This document shows positions 9,354-17,017 of a stretch of DNA of 32,000 nt, one piece after another (the first letter of the stretch is position 1; every line of letters starts with the position of its first letter). The DNA comes from Patescibacteria group bacterium (GTDB lineage Bacteria; Patescibacteriota; UBA1384; XYA2-FULL-43-10). Under the pieces are notes generated by a model. It worked only from the letters and a program-made list of their open reading frames with translations, did not search any database and had not been told where the DNA came from. Location: positions 60,001-92,000 of the forward strand of contig JBAYVT010000001.1 in the NCBI GenBank assembly GCA_041674405.1, in the 5' to 3' direction. The position numbers and the translations under genes are program-made.

Positions 9354-11426
9354 TTACTTGGCTTTTCCCTCAATAATCTGCTGTGCAACATGCGGCGGAA
9401 CTTCGGCATATTTCTCAAATTCCATCGTGTTTGAAGCTCTACCCTGTGTCATCGAGCGAAGCGAAGTGGTATAGCCGAACATCGAGCCAAGTGGCACAAG
9501 CGCATGGACAAATTTGACGCTGCCCTTATCCCCCATCTCAAGAATCTGGCCGCGCTTCGAATTAAGGTCGCCCATAACATCGCCCATAAAATCTTCCGGG
9601 GTAAGGACTTCAACCTTCATGATAGGCTCGAGGATCACAGGATCAGCCTTCTTGAAACCATCCTGGAACGCCATCGAACCGGCAATCTTAAAGGCCATCT
9701 CAGACGAGTCAACTTCGTGGAATGAACCATCAAAAAGGTCGACTGCGACGTCAACAACCGGGTATCCGGCGATCACACCCTTACTCATTGCCTCTTCGAT
9801 ACCTTCATTGATCGGATTGATGAATTCACGAGGAATAGCGCCGCCAACGATGTTATTGATAAACTCATAACCTTTGCCGGCTTCCTGTGGAATAACCTTG
9901 ATAACAACATGTCCGTATTGGCCGCGCCCACCGGTCTGGCGGATATATTTGCCTTCTTGGGTGACTTCTTTGCGGCAAGTTTCGCGGTAAGCAACCTGCG
10001 GCTGGCCGACGTTGGCCTCTACCTTAAATTCACGTTTCATGCGGTCAACAAGGATCTCAAGGTGAAGCTCGCCCATACCGGCGATGATAGTCTGGCCGGT
10101 TTCCTGATTGGATGAGACGCGGAAAGTCGGATCTTCTTCAGCCAAACGCGCGAGTGCGATGCCCATTTTCTCTTGGTCAGCCTTGGTTTTCGGCTCGATA
10201 GCCACTTCGATAACAGGCTCCGGGAAAGTGATCTTCTCAAGAATCACCGGCTTTTCCATATCGCAAAGAGTTTCACCAGTTGTGGTGTTTGATAAACCGA
10301 CAGCGGCAGCGATTTCACCGGCATAGACCTCATCTACCTCTTCGCGGTGATTGGCATGTAAGCGGACGATTCGGCCGATGCGCTCTTTGCTACCAGTAGA
10401 TGAATTTAAAATGTATGAACCCTTCTTAAGGACGCCGCGGTAAACACGGAAAAAGATCAATTTGCCAACGAACGGATCAGCAGCAACTTTAAATGCTAGT
10501 GCCGCAAATGGCTCGTTATCATCGGCTTTGATCTCGATTTCCTCACCGGATTTCGGCTCGATTGCCTTGGCTGGCGGAACATCAAGAGGGGAGGGTAGGT
10601 AATCAACGATAGCATCCAAAAGTGAGATTACGATACAACCACGGCCATCGCCACCAAGAACCGGGTAAAAAGTACCGGTCAGAGTCGCTTTGCGAATTAG
10701 ATTGATAAGCTCGGACTCGGAAATTTCCTCGCCGTTCAAATATTTCTCCATCATCGCATCATCAAATTCGACAACTTTCTCGATAAGCTCTTGGCGATAC
10801 TTTTCAGCCTTCTCTTTGAGATCGGCTGGAACTTCGCCGGGTGTTAGCTCTTTATCATGATATTCCTTGTATGTGTAGCCCTTCATGCGGACCAAATCGA
10901 TAACGCCGTTAATAGACTGCTCAAAACCGATCGGGATCTGAATCGGGAAACAATTCGGCGAAAGACGTTCGCGCATCGAGTCAAGCGAGCGGTAGAAATC
11001 ACCGCCTGTCTGATTGATCTTATTGATAAAGCACATTCGAGGAACAGTATATTTATCAGCCTGACGCCATACAGTCTCGGACTGCGGCTCGACTCCCATT
11101 TTGCCATCGAAAATTACGACTGCCCCGTCAAGAACACGCAAAGAGCGCTCTACCTCTACGGTAAAGTCCACGTGGCCCGGAGTATCGATGATATTGATTC
11201 GATTGTTCTTCCAAAAAGCGGTGGTAGCGGCGGATGTAATAGTAATGCCGCGCTCACGCTCCTGCTCCATCCAGTCCATGGTAGCTTCACCTTCGTGAAC
11301 TTCGCCGATTTTGTGAGTTCGACCCGTGGTGTACAAAATACCCTCTGTAACAGTGGTTTTTCCGGCGTCGATGTGAGCAATAGTGCCAAAGTTTCTAACT
11401 TTTTCTAGTGGATAATCTCGTCCCAT
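9354..11426 (-). CDS. fusA: Elongation factor G
   Basis: 690 aa, [58 protein letters not shown]...[26 protein letters not shown]. Confidence 0.99.
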   Translation of the reverse strand: MGRDYPLEKVRNFGTIAHIDAGKTTVTEGILYTTGRTHKIGEVHEGEATMDWMEQERERGITITSAATTAFWKNNRINIIDTPGHVDFTVEVERSLRVLDGAVVIFDGKMGVEPQSETVWRQADKYTVPRMCFINKINQTGGDFYRSLDSMRERLSPNCFPIQIPIGFEQSINGVIDLVRMKGYTYKEYHDKELTPGEVPADLKEKAEKYRQELIEKVVEFDDAMMEKYLNGEEISESELINLIRKATLTGTFYPVLGGDGRGCIVISLLDAIVDYLPSPLDVPPAKAIEPKSGEEIEIKADDNEPFAALAFKVAADPFVGKLIFFRVYRGVLKKGSYILNSSTGSKERIGRIVRLHANHREEVDEVYAGEIAAAVGLSNTTTGETLCDMEKPVILEKITFPEPVIEVAIEPKTKADQEKMGIALARLAEEDPTFRVSSNQETGQTIIAGMGELHLEILVDRMKREFKVEANVGQPQVAYRETCRKEVTQEGKYIRQTGGRGQYGHVVIKVIPQEAGKGYEFINNIVGGAIPREFINPINEGIEEAMSKGVIAGYPVVDVAVDLFDGSFHEVDSSEMAFKIAGSMAFQDGFKKADPVILEPIMKVEVLTPEDFMGDVMGDLNSKRGQILEMGDKGSVKFVHALVPLGSMFGYTTSLRSMTQGRASNTMEFEKYAEVPPHVAQQIIEGKAK

Positions 11427-11620
11427 AATCTCTCCAAAAATGAATTTATCTGTGTCTATCTGTGAAATAGATCTGTGAATGTTTCATCATCTTAAATGCA
11501 AAATAAAAAATTCCCCTCATTGCTAGTCAATTGTAGCACTTTTATTCTATAATTGTCAAACTCTCATGGTCATAGTCGGCAATGTCTAAAATTCAAAAAA
11601 ACCAGCAAATAACAAAATAA

Positions 11621-12358
11621 TTAGACTTTGATATTGCCTTCATGGTTTAGTTCTTTTTCAAATTCGGATTTCAAAAATAGTAGTTGACTAAACGAATCCT
11701 GGTCTTCTTTCAAAAGATTTTGAATTACGTTTGTAATCGTCTGATTACCATACACCCTTGGGAAAAGAATCTTGAAGTGACTATAATATAGATTAAAATC
11801 TATTAAGTTTTCCCGAAGCTCCGCTCCGGAAATTTCAAAAAAAGACAAAACATTGTCAAGTGGCGTAAAATTTTTTTCATGTTCAAGACTTGTTCTCCCG
11901 TAAATTATAATATTTTTTAGCTCTTCACTAGAAAGATTCGCTTGTTCAATTTTTTTAGCATACTCGGGGTTCGTCGCTGTTATCAAATCAACTTTAACAT
12001 TATTATTAAAGTCCTTAATCAAGACGAGAGTATTTGACAATCTACTGTTCCTTTCATCCCGGTCTAGTAGTTTTCTCTCGTGCTGTAGCTGTTTCTGCTG
12101 AATTTGTTTAAGCCAATATGTTTCTTTTGTGTACTGCAGAATAGCGATAAAAGTTAGAAACAAAATTTGGGCAGAGATATAGTCTGTCAAACTAACATTG
12201 CCCATCGCAAAACAATATATAAGTAGCCCTGACCCAATAATAAATAGTAAAAAATTCATCGAATCAAAAAAGTCTAATAAAAAATATTTCTTCCACCACT
12301 TCTTAATTTCACGAAATTTTTTGTTGATTCTGGTCAACTGCTCATTAGTGTTTTGCAT
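11621..12358 (-). CDS. Hypothetical membrane protein (two N-proximal TM segments, charged cytoplasmic C-terminal domain)
   Basis: 245 aa; FLLFIIGSGLLIYCFAMG and YISAQILFLTFIAILQY hydrophobic segments followed by a coiled/charged region; no recognised family. Confidence 0.7.
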   Translation of the reverse strand: MQNTNEQLTRINKKFREIKKWWKKYFLLDFFDSMNFLLFIIGSGLLIYCFAMGNVSLTDYISAQILFLTFIAILQYTKETYWLKQIQQKQLQHERKLLDRDERNSRLSNTLVLIKDFNNNVKVDLITATNPEYAKKIEQANLSSEELKNIIIYGRTSLEHEKNFTPLDNVLSFFEISGAELRENLIDFNLYYSHFKILFPRVYGNQTITNVIQNLLKEDQDSFSQLLFLKSEFEKELNHEGNIKV

Positions 12359-12436
12359 AAGTACTTTGTCCCAAATATTCTATAATAAATCTTAGTAAGA
12401 TAAACTTGTCCTAAGTCTGATTTTTCGACGATAGCT

Positions 12437-12799
12437 CTACCGGATCAGTTCGTGTTTGAAATATTTTTCTTGGAACTCTACGGCTTTTTCGATTTCTTCG
12501 TCGAAATAGTCCCCGTCGTTGGCGGCACCAACCAATTTGTCTTCATTGTCATCTGTGCGGTGGATAATAGCGATGATTTTCACCTGTACTGATTCAACCG
12601 GCTTGTCTTCACCAAGAACAAAGACATCAATATCGTCGCCGTCGCCGGCTTTTATCCCTTCGATATAGCCATAATTAATCGGGTAAATGTGGTCGGGGTA
12701 TTTAGGATGAGCCGAGCCGAGCGGCCGATCTATTGTGACATTGTACTCTCTACCTAAAAATTTTTTATAATCCATTGAATCCCACCTAAATTCTGTCAT
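12437..12799 (-). CDS. Inorganic pyrophosphatase-like protein (short form)
   Basis: FLGREYNVTIDRPLGSAHPKYPDHIYPINYGYIEGIKAGDGDDIDVFVLG. Start at 12799 overlaps the CYTH stop codon as ATGA (track start is 12841). Confidence 0.85.
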   Translation of the reverse strand: MTEFRWDSMDYKKFLGREYNVTIDRPLGSAHPKYPDHIYPINYGYIEGIKAGDGDDIDVFVLGEDKPVESVQVKIIAIIHRTDDNEDKLVGAANDGDYFDEEIEKAVEFQEKYFKHELIR

Positions 12800-13305
12800 T
12801 TGTTTATAAGACGTTCTCGGATCATATCGGGATAGCCGCATTTATCGAGGCGATCGGATTTTTTGAAGCCAAATAGCTTTTCAATCTTCTCAACCTCTGA
12901 AATACTTGGTGATTCAATTTCTATAAAGTTGCCGAGATCTACTACTTCGTCAATCACGATTTCCGAATCACCATAGATATAAACTCTGCGCTTTTTATCC
13001 ACAACGACATCTATATCATGGCCGATTTTTTGTAATATTTCTTTTGCCATTTTGGCATCATCAATAGACATTTCCCATTCATCGGTCCGAGCATATGACG
13101 GAACGAAGTGATAAGCGAGTTCCTTTTTGTCTCCTTTTTCCCTGACTCTAAGATATTTGCGTCCCTCGGCGTTGTCCGGAACGAGAAAATACGTGTCGAT
13201 GCAGCGAAACTCTTTGACATATTTTGCGTCTATTTGATCCAACTTTTTGATAACTGCATCAGGATCGTCAATTTTGTACTTTAGTTCAATTTCAACATTT
13301 GGCAT
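12796..13305 (-). CDS. CYTH-domain / triphosphate tunnel metalloenzyme-like protein
   Basis: Starts MPNVEIELKYKID (ExExK signature), then DTYFLVPD...YLRVREKG and GFKKSDRLDKCGY-like C-terminus. Confidence 0.85.
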   Translation of the reverse strand: MPNVEIELKYKIDDPDAVIKKLDQIDAKYVKEFRCIDTYFLVPDNAEGRKYLRVREKGDKKELAYHFVPSYARTDEWEMSIDDAKMAKEILQKIGHDIDVVVDKKRRVYIYGDSEIVIDEVVDLGNFIEIESPSISEVEKIEKLFGFKKSDRLDKCGYPDMIRERLINK

Positions 13306-13897
13306 GGGATTTTATATCTCCAATTAATTCTGGAAATTCATCTTGATTGAAGTGCCCGCGGTCTTCGAAGACCTGGGATTTGGCACTTGGCAGCTGCTTT
13401 TCAAATACCGCAAGCTCCGAATACGGCACTATCGGGTCGTCTTTGCTTTGATACAAGAAGATATTTTTCGCCTGTTTTTCGATATTGGAAAGCGAGTCTG
13501 GAAGCCTGAAATCTTCACAATCTGCAGTGTTATTATGCGGTGGAGCTACCAGATGAAGTGATTTGATCTTCTTCGGAAAGTCATTCTCAGCCAGGTATTT
13601 GGCGAGGAACATGCCGCCAAGAGAGTGGCCTATTAGAACCACGTCGTCGTTTAGGAACGGAAACATGCGCTCAAACCAGATTTTCCACTCCTTATATTTC
13701 GCATCATATTTGTTTGGCATTTGGGGGTTGAAAACCTCAAAATCATCGCCGAGTACGGACTGAAGTGAAATTTTCCAGTCATACCTGGTTTTAAACTTCT
13801 CTGGTCTTACTTCCCAGGTTTTTAGCGAGTTCAGATAGTCTTCGTACGTTTTGAACGAATCCCCGCCATGCATCACAACCACTTGTTTCTTTGCCAT
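13292..13897 (-). CDS. RBBP9/YdeN-like alpha/beta hydrolase
   Basis: VVVMHGGDSFKTYEDYLNSLK, nucleophile elbow GHSLGG, SKDDPIVPY, catalytic DRGHFNQDEFPE. Start chosen at MAKKQVVVMHG (track starts at 13909). Confidence 0.8.
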   Translation of the reverse strand: MAKKQVVVMHGGDSFKTYEDYLNSLKTWEVRPEKFKTRYDWKISLQSVLGDDFEVFNPQMPNKYDAKYKEWKIWFERMFPFLNDDVVLIGHSLGGMFLAKYLAENDFPKKIKSLHLVAPPHNNTADCEDFRLPDSLSNIEKQAKNIFLYQSKDDPIVPYSELAVFEKQLPSAKSQVFEDRGHFNQDEFPELIGDIKSHAKC

Positions 13898-13968
13898 TAT
13901 TGAGTCCACAATTAATTATTTCTACCTTAACACTACGCTCTGGTATGATGTTTTTCAAGCTTTGGTGA

Positions 13969-14226
13969 TCAATATTCCAATTTATATCTCCCGTTTATCA
14001 AGAAGTAGGCTGGGAGATTGTTTTTATCTTCGGCAAGGATTCCGAGGACGTTTTTGCAGTCGCATTGCAGAAAATCGGGAGGGGGCGAACTTAGATATTT
14101 ATTTGGCGCTAATATATTCGACACATGGCAAAAGTGATTTTTGCACTCCCCTACCTTACTCATCTCGAGAACAACCTTGCCGCAGTCACTGCAGACTACT
14201 TTGACTGAACCTGTCCCTCCATCCAT
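13969..14226 (-). CDS. Small Cys-rich (putative metal-binding) protein
   Basis: 85 aa from ATG 14226, preceded by GGAAGGAG SD with ~5-nt spacing: MDGGTGSVKVVCSDCGKVVLEMSKVGECKNHFCHVSNILAP...FLQCDCKNVLG. Track start at 14250 lies upstream of the SD. Confidence 0.6.
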   Translation of the reverse strand: MDGGTGSVKVVCSDCGKVVLEMSKVGECKNHFCHVSNILAPNKYLSSPPPDFLQCDCKNVLGILAEDKNNLPAYFLINGRYKLEY

Positions 14227-14254
14227 CGCACTCCTTCCAAAAATTAGCAAAATA

Positions 14255-14440
14255 AAAAGGGTCTCCCGCTGGCGGCACCCTTGCGGGTGCCCTACAACCT
14301 TTCGGCCGTAGACACATCAGCATACCAGACAGAAGACCGTCTTTATTGCTGATGTGTATTTTTTGCCATGCCCTTGCGGGTTTAGGCAATTGCTGTGTTA
14401 TCGACAGCATCAATATTTTACCCCAAATCAATGGAGAATT
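14255..14440 (-). ncRNA. Candidate structured RNA leader of unknown class
   Basis: Four well-formed hairpins on the minus strand: TGCTGT-cgataac-ACAGCA; CACATCAGCA...TGCTGATGTG (14313-14356) with inner AGACGG-TCTT-CTGTCT; CTACGGCC-GAAA-GGTTGTAG (14292-14311); GGCACCC-GCAA-GGGTGCC (14274-14291). Then a possible GGGT...ACCC hairpin followed by TTTTTATTTT, then an SD and ORF. Confidence 0.6.
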
Positions 14441-14506
14441 AAATAGCATTTAATACATCTATCCAACCCTGCAAACAACTCGCCCCGAAAACAATTCAAC
14501 AAAACC

Positions 14507-14544
14507 TATCGTCGATTTATCGACGATCGTTCATATTTCGACGA
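14507..14544. repeat. Palindromic 38-bp repeat, copy A
   Basis: tatcgtcgatttatcgacgatcgttcatatttcgacga; contains perfect TCGTCGAT-tt-ATCGACGA (via TCGTCGATTTATCGACGA). 37/38 identical to copy B. Confidence 0.9.
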
Positions 14545-14573
14545 CCAAAGACAATACAAGGATATGCGGATTG

Positions 14574-14603
14574 TTGACCTAGGTGTATTTCTTAAGTTAA
14601 TAT
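14574..14603 (+). promoter_or_regulatory. Putative sigma70-like promoter for the GC-rich small ORF/RNA
   Basis: TTGACC (14574) followed after ~18 bp by TAATAT (about 14598). Confidence 0.45.
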
Positions 14604-14644
14604 TGCTGCAAGTTGCCTAAACCACTGCACTGGAGCTGAGAATC

Positions 14645-14863
14645 ATGCCAAAACATCCTCGAGGCAAAAGAGGTGGCCGAAGCAATCCCGGAAAGGGCAG
14701 CAAGTCCTCGATGGAAAAGCGCTGTGGATTGCCGGCACATCCCCTCCCGCAAGCGATTGACCATTCGGGAACGCTCGGCCCAGACATGGGATGGCTAGAC
14801 CACGAAGCACCCGGAGTAGACTTTCTGAGCCTACCTCCAACCACTCGCGACCACGGGCAATAG
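14645..14863 (+). CDS. Small basic/Gly-Pro-rich ORF (72 aa), possibly protein or part of an ncRNA
   Basis: Promoter-like sequence, GGAG ~9 nt before ATG, and a strong downstream terminator. Markedly more GC-rich than neighbours; other frames are also open, so coding status is uncertain. Confidence 0.4.
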   Translation: MPKHPRGKRGGRSNPGKGSKSSMEKRCGLPAHPLPQAIDHSGTLGPDMGWLDHEAPGVDFLSLPPTTRDHGQ

Positions 14864-14880
14864 CCCAATCCTCGCAGAAC

Positions 14881-14922
14881 CAAGAAAGGCGCCGGCAAAA
14901 GTCGGGGCCTTCTTGTTTTTTA
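14881..14922 (+). terminator. Rho-independent terminator
   Basis: AAGAAAGGCGCCGGC-AAAA-GTCGGGGCCTTCTT followed by gTTTTTTT. Confidence 0.85.
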
Positions 14923-14933
14923 ATTAAAAATTC

Positions 14934-15173
14934 TTAGCAATGGCCTTTGTGATAGACTTTGCCTTGAATTATTTTGTTCGCTTTCCTTGTGTGATATGTT
15001 GCCTCACGAGCAAAAAGCCCGCCACATTTGGGACACTTTAAGTCACCATTCGTATAATCTTCGATAATCCGATCTTTATAACATTTTACGAGATGGCCGG
15101 GCTTATCTTTTTGATAGTAATAAAGCTCGGCATTGCAATTTGCGCAGTAGATTTTGATTTTATATATCTTCAT
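14934..15173 (-). CDS. Zinc-ribbon protein
   Basis: 79 aa, IKIYCANCNAELYYYQKDKPGHLVKCYKDR...LKCPKCGGLFAREATYHTRKANKIIQGKVYHKGHC; two CxxC pairs. Confidence 0.75.
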   Translation of the reverse strand: MKIYKIKIYCANCNAELYYYQKDKPGHLVKCYKDRIIEDYTNGDLKCPKCGGLFAREATYHTRKANKIIQGKVYHKGHC

Positions 15174-15187
15174 TATTTTGAATTCCG

Positions 15188-15814
15188 TTATCGTCGATTT
15201 ATCGACGATCGTTTATATTTCGACGATTGGATTTTATCATTAACGGATTCTCGCTCTACTGGTTTGTGACCGGGATTTTTGGATAGAATTTTTGCGATGT
15301 AATTTTCGATATTTGACGATTCAACTACAAAGTAAGCCACATATTCCTCAACTCGATATTCTTTGGACAGCATTTCCACCATATCACCGATATTCCGATC
15401 GCAGACCCAGAGACTTTTCTGAATTTGCCGAAAGCCCATTTGTTTTATCGATCTTCGAAATGCATTTCTTTGTCTTTTTTTAGTCTCTGGAATATCGAAC
15501 GAAACGAGCCGGCGTTTATGGTCTTTCTGGTCCAATACTAATTTGTCGATCATTTTAATCTTTGCTTTATTAGTAAATTTCACCGAATCGCCATTATCAA
15601 TCTCAACATAATTATTTCTCTTAAGGCTATAAATCACGCTCGAAATCTGCCGCCTCGAAATACCGGAAGCACCAAAGCGAACATTAAAATAATCAAGCAT
15701 TTCTGTTTGTTTCATTGATCGTTGATGCTTTTTTACAAATTCAATGATCAAATTTAACGCAGTTTCAATGCATCCTTTCATTAATATCTGCGAATTTCTA
15801 GGCGTCATATACAT
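15188..15814 (-). CDS. PaaX-like protein: N-terminal winged helix plus Cas2-like ferredoxin-fold domain
   Basis: 208 aa; wHTH-like MKQTEMLDYFNVRFGASGISRRQISSVIYSLKRNNYVEI, then KRRLVSFDIPETKKRQRNAFRRSIKQMGFRQIQKSLWVCDRNIGDMVEMLSKEYRVEEYVAYFVVE (Cas2/PaaX-C-like). Confidence 0.7.
   Translation of the reverse strand: MYMTPRNSQILMKGCIETALNLIIEFVKKHQRSMKQTEMLDYFNVRFGASGISRRQISSVIYSLKRNNYVEIDNGDSVKFTNKAKIKMIDKLVLDQKDHKRRLVSFDIPETKKRQRNAFRRSIKQMGFRQIQKSLWVCDRNIGDMVEMLSKEYRVEEYVAYFVVESSNIENYIAKILSKNPGHKPVERESVNDKIQSSKYKRSSINRR
15189..15226. repeat. Palindromic 38-bp repeat, copy B
   Basis: tatcgtcgatttatcgacgatcgtttatatttcgacga. Overlaps the 3' end of the PaaX/Cas2-like gene (encodes its last residues SKYKRSSINRR*). 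Confidence 0.9.
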
Positions 15815-15846
15815 AACTCAAGTATACTCCAAAAATCGCCAATGTA

Positions 15847-15884
15847 TGCCGTCGAATATTGAACGATCGTTCATATTTCGACGA
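15847..15884. repeat. Palindromic 38-bp repeat, copy C (diverged left half)
   Basis: tgccgtcgaatattgaacgatcgttcatatttcgacga. Right 22 bp identical to copy A; centre GAACGATCGTTC is a perfect palindrome with GTCGAA/TTCGAC arms. 33 bp upstream of the PaaX/Cas2-like start. Confidence 0.88.
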
Positions 15885-16030
15885 TAACCTTAATACAATT
15901 TATCGAAGATGAACGAAATTATATAATGGATCTTTGTTGATGATTATATTTTGATCATGGACAAATTCGCGGGAATGTGCTATCGTTTATCGTTGTCTGC
16001 ACACCACACACTGAAGGAGGAAGAAGACAG

Positions 16031-16819
16031 ATGAACAAGACCGCCCAAAGACTTTCGAAGAGGTGGCCGCCCTTTCTCCACAAAGTTGTGGAGGCGCCGT
16101 ATGAATCGGCGGACGTGATCTTGCGCATGCTCCGATACAATCCAGAGAAGGCGATGGCAAAGTATCCCCGGCTTCGTGAGATCAAGGACGCATCGGAGAT
16201 CAGCCGGGTCTTTGCGCGCTATGGCCCCCATGGCATCTTCACGGTATCGGACAAGGAGCTGCCGAGGGTGATGGCAGCAGTCGGTGACAACTATGGGGTG
16301 CTCATGACCGTCGAGGACCACGCCTGGATCATGGACAACCTCCTGGAGCAGCTCAGGAGTCCCGCGTCGTTTCTCGATGTGGGATGCGGAGTTTGTCCCT
16401 ACACCGCTTTCCTGGTCCGTGAGGGATACCTTCGCGGCCAGGTGGTGGGAGTCGACCAGATGCCCGAAATACTTGGCCGCGCAAGAGAAGTCTTCGAGCG
16501 CGCACAGGCATCTCACCCACTGGTCCTCGGGACTGCGCTCCGGCTTCCGTTTGCAGATGCGTCCTTCGAACACGTGTTCTGCAACGATGCCCTGCACTGG
16601 ATCAAGGGGTGGAGACGCGCACTCAACGAGATGTGCCGCGTGCTTGCACCAGGCGGACGGCTGTTTGTCTGCTACTCGGTGAAGTTCACGCGAACGCTGA
16701 TCACCGAGCGCGGCATCATCGAGGAGCTGGCCAAGCACGGGATCAAGCCCGCGTTCGTCTCGTTCGACGCCGTGGGCAGCCAGACGCCCCGGACGATTGT
16801 CACCGGGTGCAAAGAATAG
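16031..16819 (+). CDS. Class I SAM-dependent methyltransferase
   Basis: FLDVGCGVCPYTAFLVREGY...VVGVDQMPEILGRARE, LPFADASFEHVFCNDALHWIKGWRRALNEMCRVLAPGGRLFV. Start at ATG 16031 after gaaggagg SD (track start 15977). Confidence 0.88.
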   Translation: MNKTAQRLSKRWPPFLHKVVEAPYESADVILRMLRYNPEKAMAKYPRLREIKDASEISRVFARYGPHGIFTVSDKELPRVMAAVGDNYGVLMTVEDHAWIMDNLLEQLRSPASFLDVGCGVCPYTAFLVREGYLRGQVVGVDQMPEILGRAREVFERAQASHPLVLGTALRLPFADASFEHVFCNDALHWIKGWRRALNEMCRVLAPGGRLFVCYSVKFTRTLITERGIIEELAKHGIKPAFVSFDAVGSQTPRTIVTGCKE

Positions 16820-16837
16820 GAGGTGGAAGAGCTGAAG

Positions 16838-16868
16838 AGCGGACCAAGTGTCCGCTTTTGGCTTTTAA
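16838..16868 (+). terminator. Rho-independent terminator, copy 1 of duplicated cassette
   Basis: AGCGGAC-caagt-GTCCGCT followed by tttggctttt; embedded in ggaggtgga(a)gagc(t/c)gaagagcggaccaagtgtccgcttttggcttttaa. Confidence 0.8.
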
Positions 16869-17017
16869 TCGCCAACTTGGCAATCATTTAATCCGTAAAG
16901 TTTCACATAGCCAAATTCGATGGCTAATAACCTTGACGAAGGAGGCTAATAATGTTATGTTGAACATCGACTTCGAACCACATACCTTTCACATACCTTC
17001 TAAGGGGGAATCGGATA

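Noticed and set aside
14255-14440. tmRNA, RNase P or SRP RNA (expected somewhere because smpB is present)
   Set aside because: No tRNA-Ala-like termini or tag ORF, no GAGGAAAGUCC-type RNase P core, no SRP GGAAGCAG motif. The segment does not match these by eye.
14186-14449. 87-aa minus-strand ORF over the structured leader
   Set aside because: It reads through perfect hairpins and the SD of the next ORF, with no recognisable protein features; most likely spurious.
15188-15814. Calling this gene cas2
   Set aside because: N-terminal winged-helix region and lack of cas context point to the PaaX-like architecture; the label would be misleading.
14507-15884. CRISPR array made of the three 38-bp repeats next to a Cas2-like gene
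   Set aside because: Inter-copy distances are ~660-680 bp and contain ORFs, there are only three copies, one inside a coding end, and there is no cas1 or effector. An operator-like or dispersed-repeat interpretation fits better.
15980-16738. 252-aa minus-strand ORF opposite the methyltransferase
   Set aside because: GC-rich DNA favours long shadow ORFs; the plus strand has clear methyltransferase motifs and SD.
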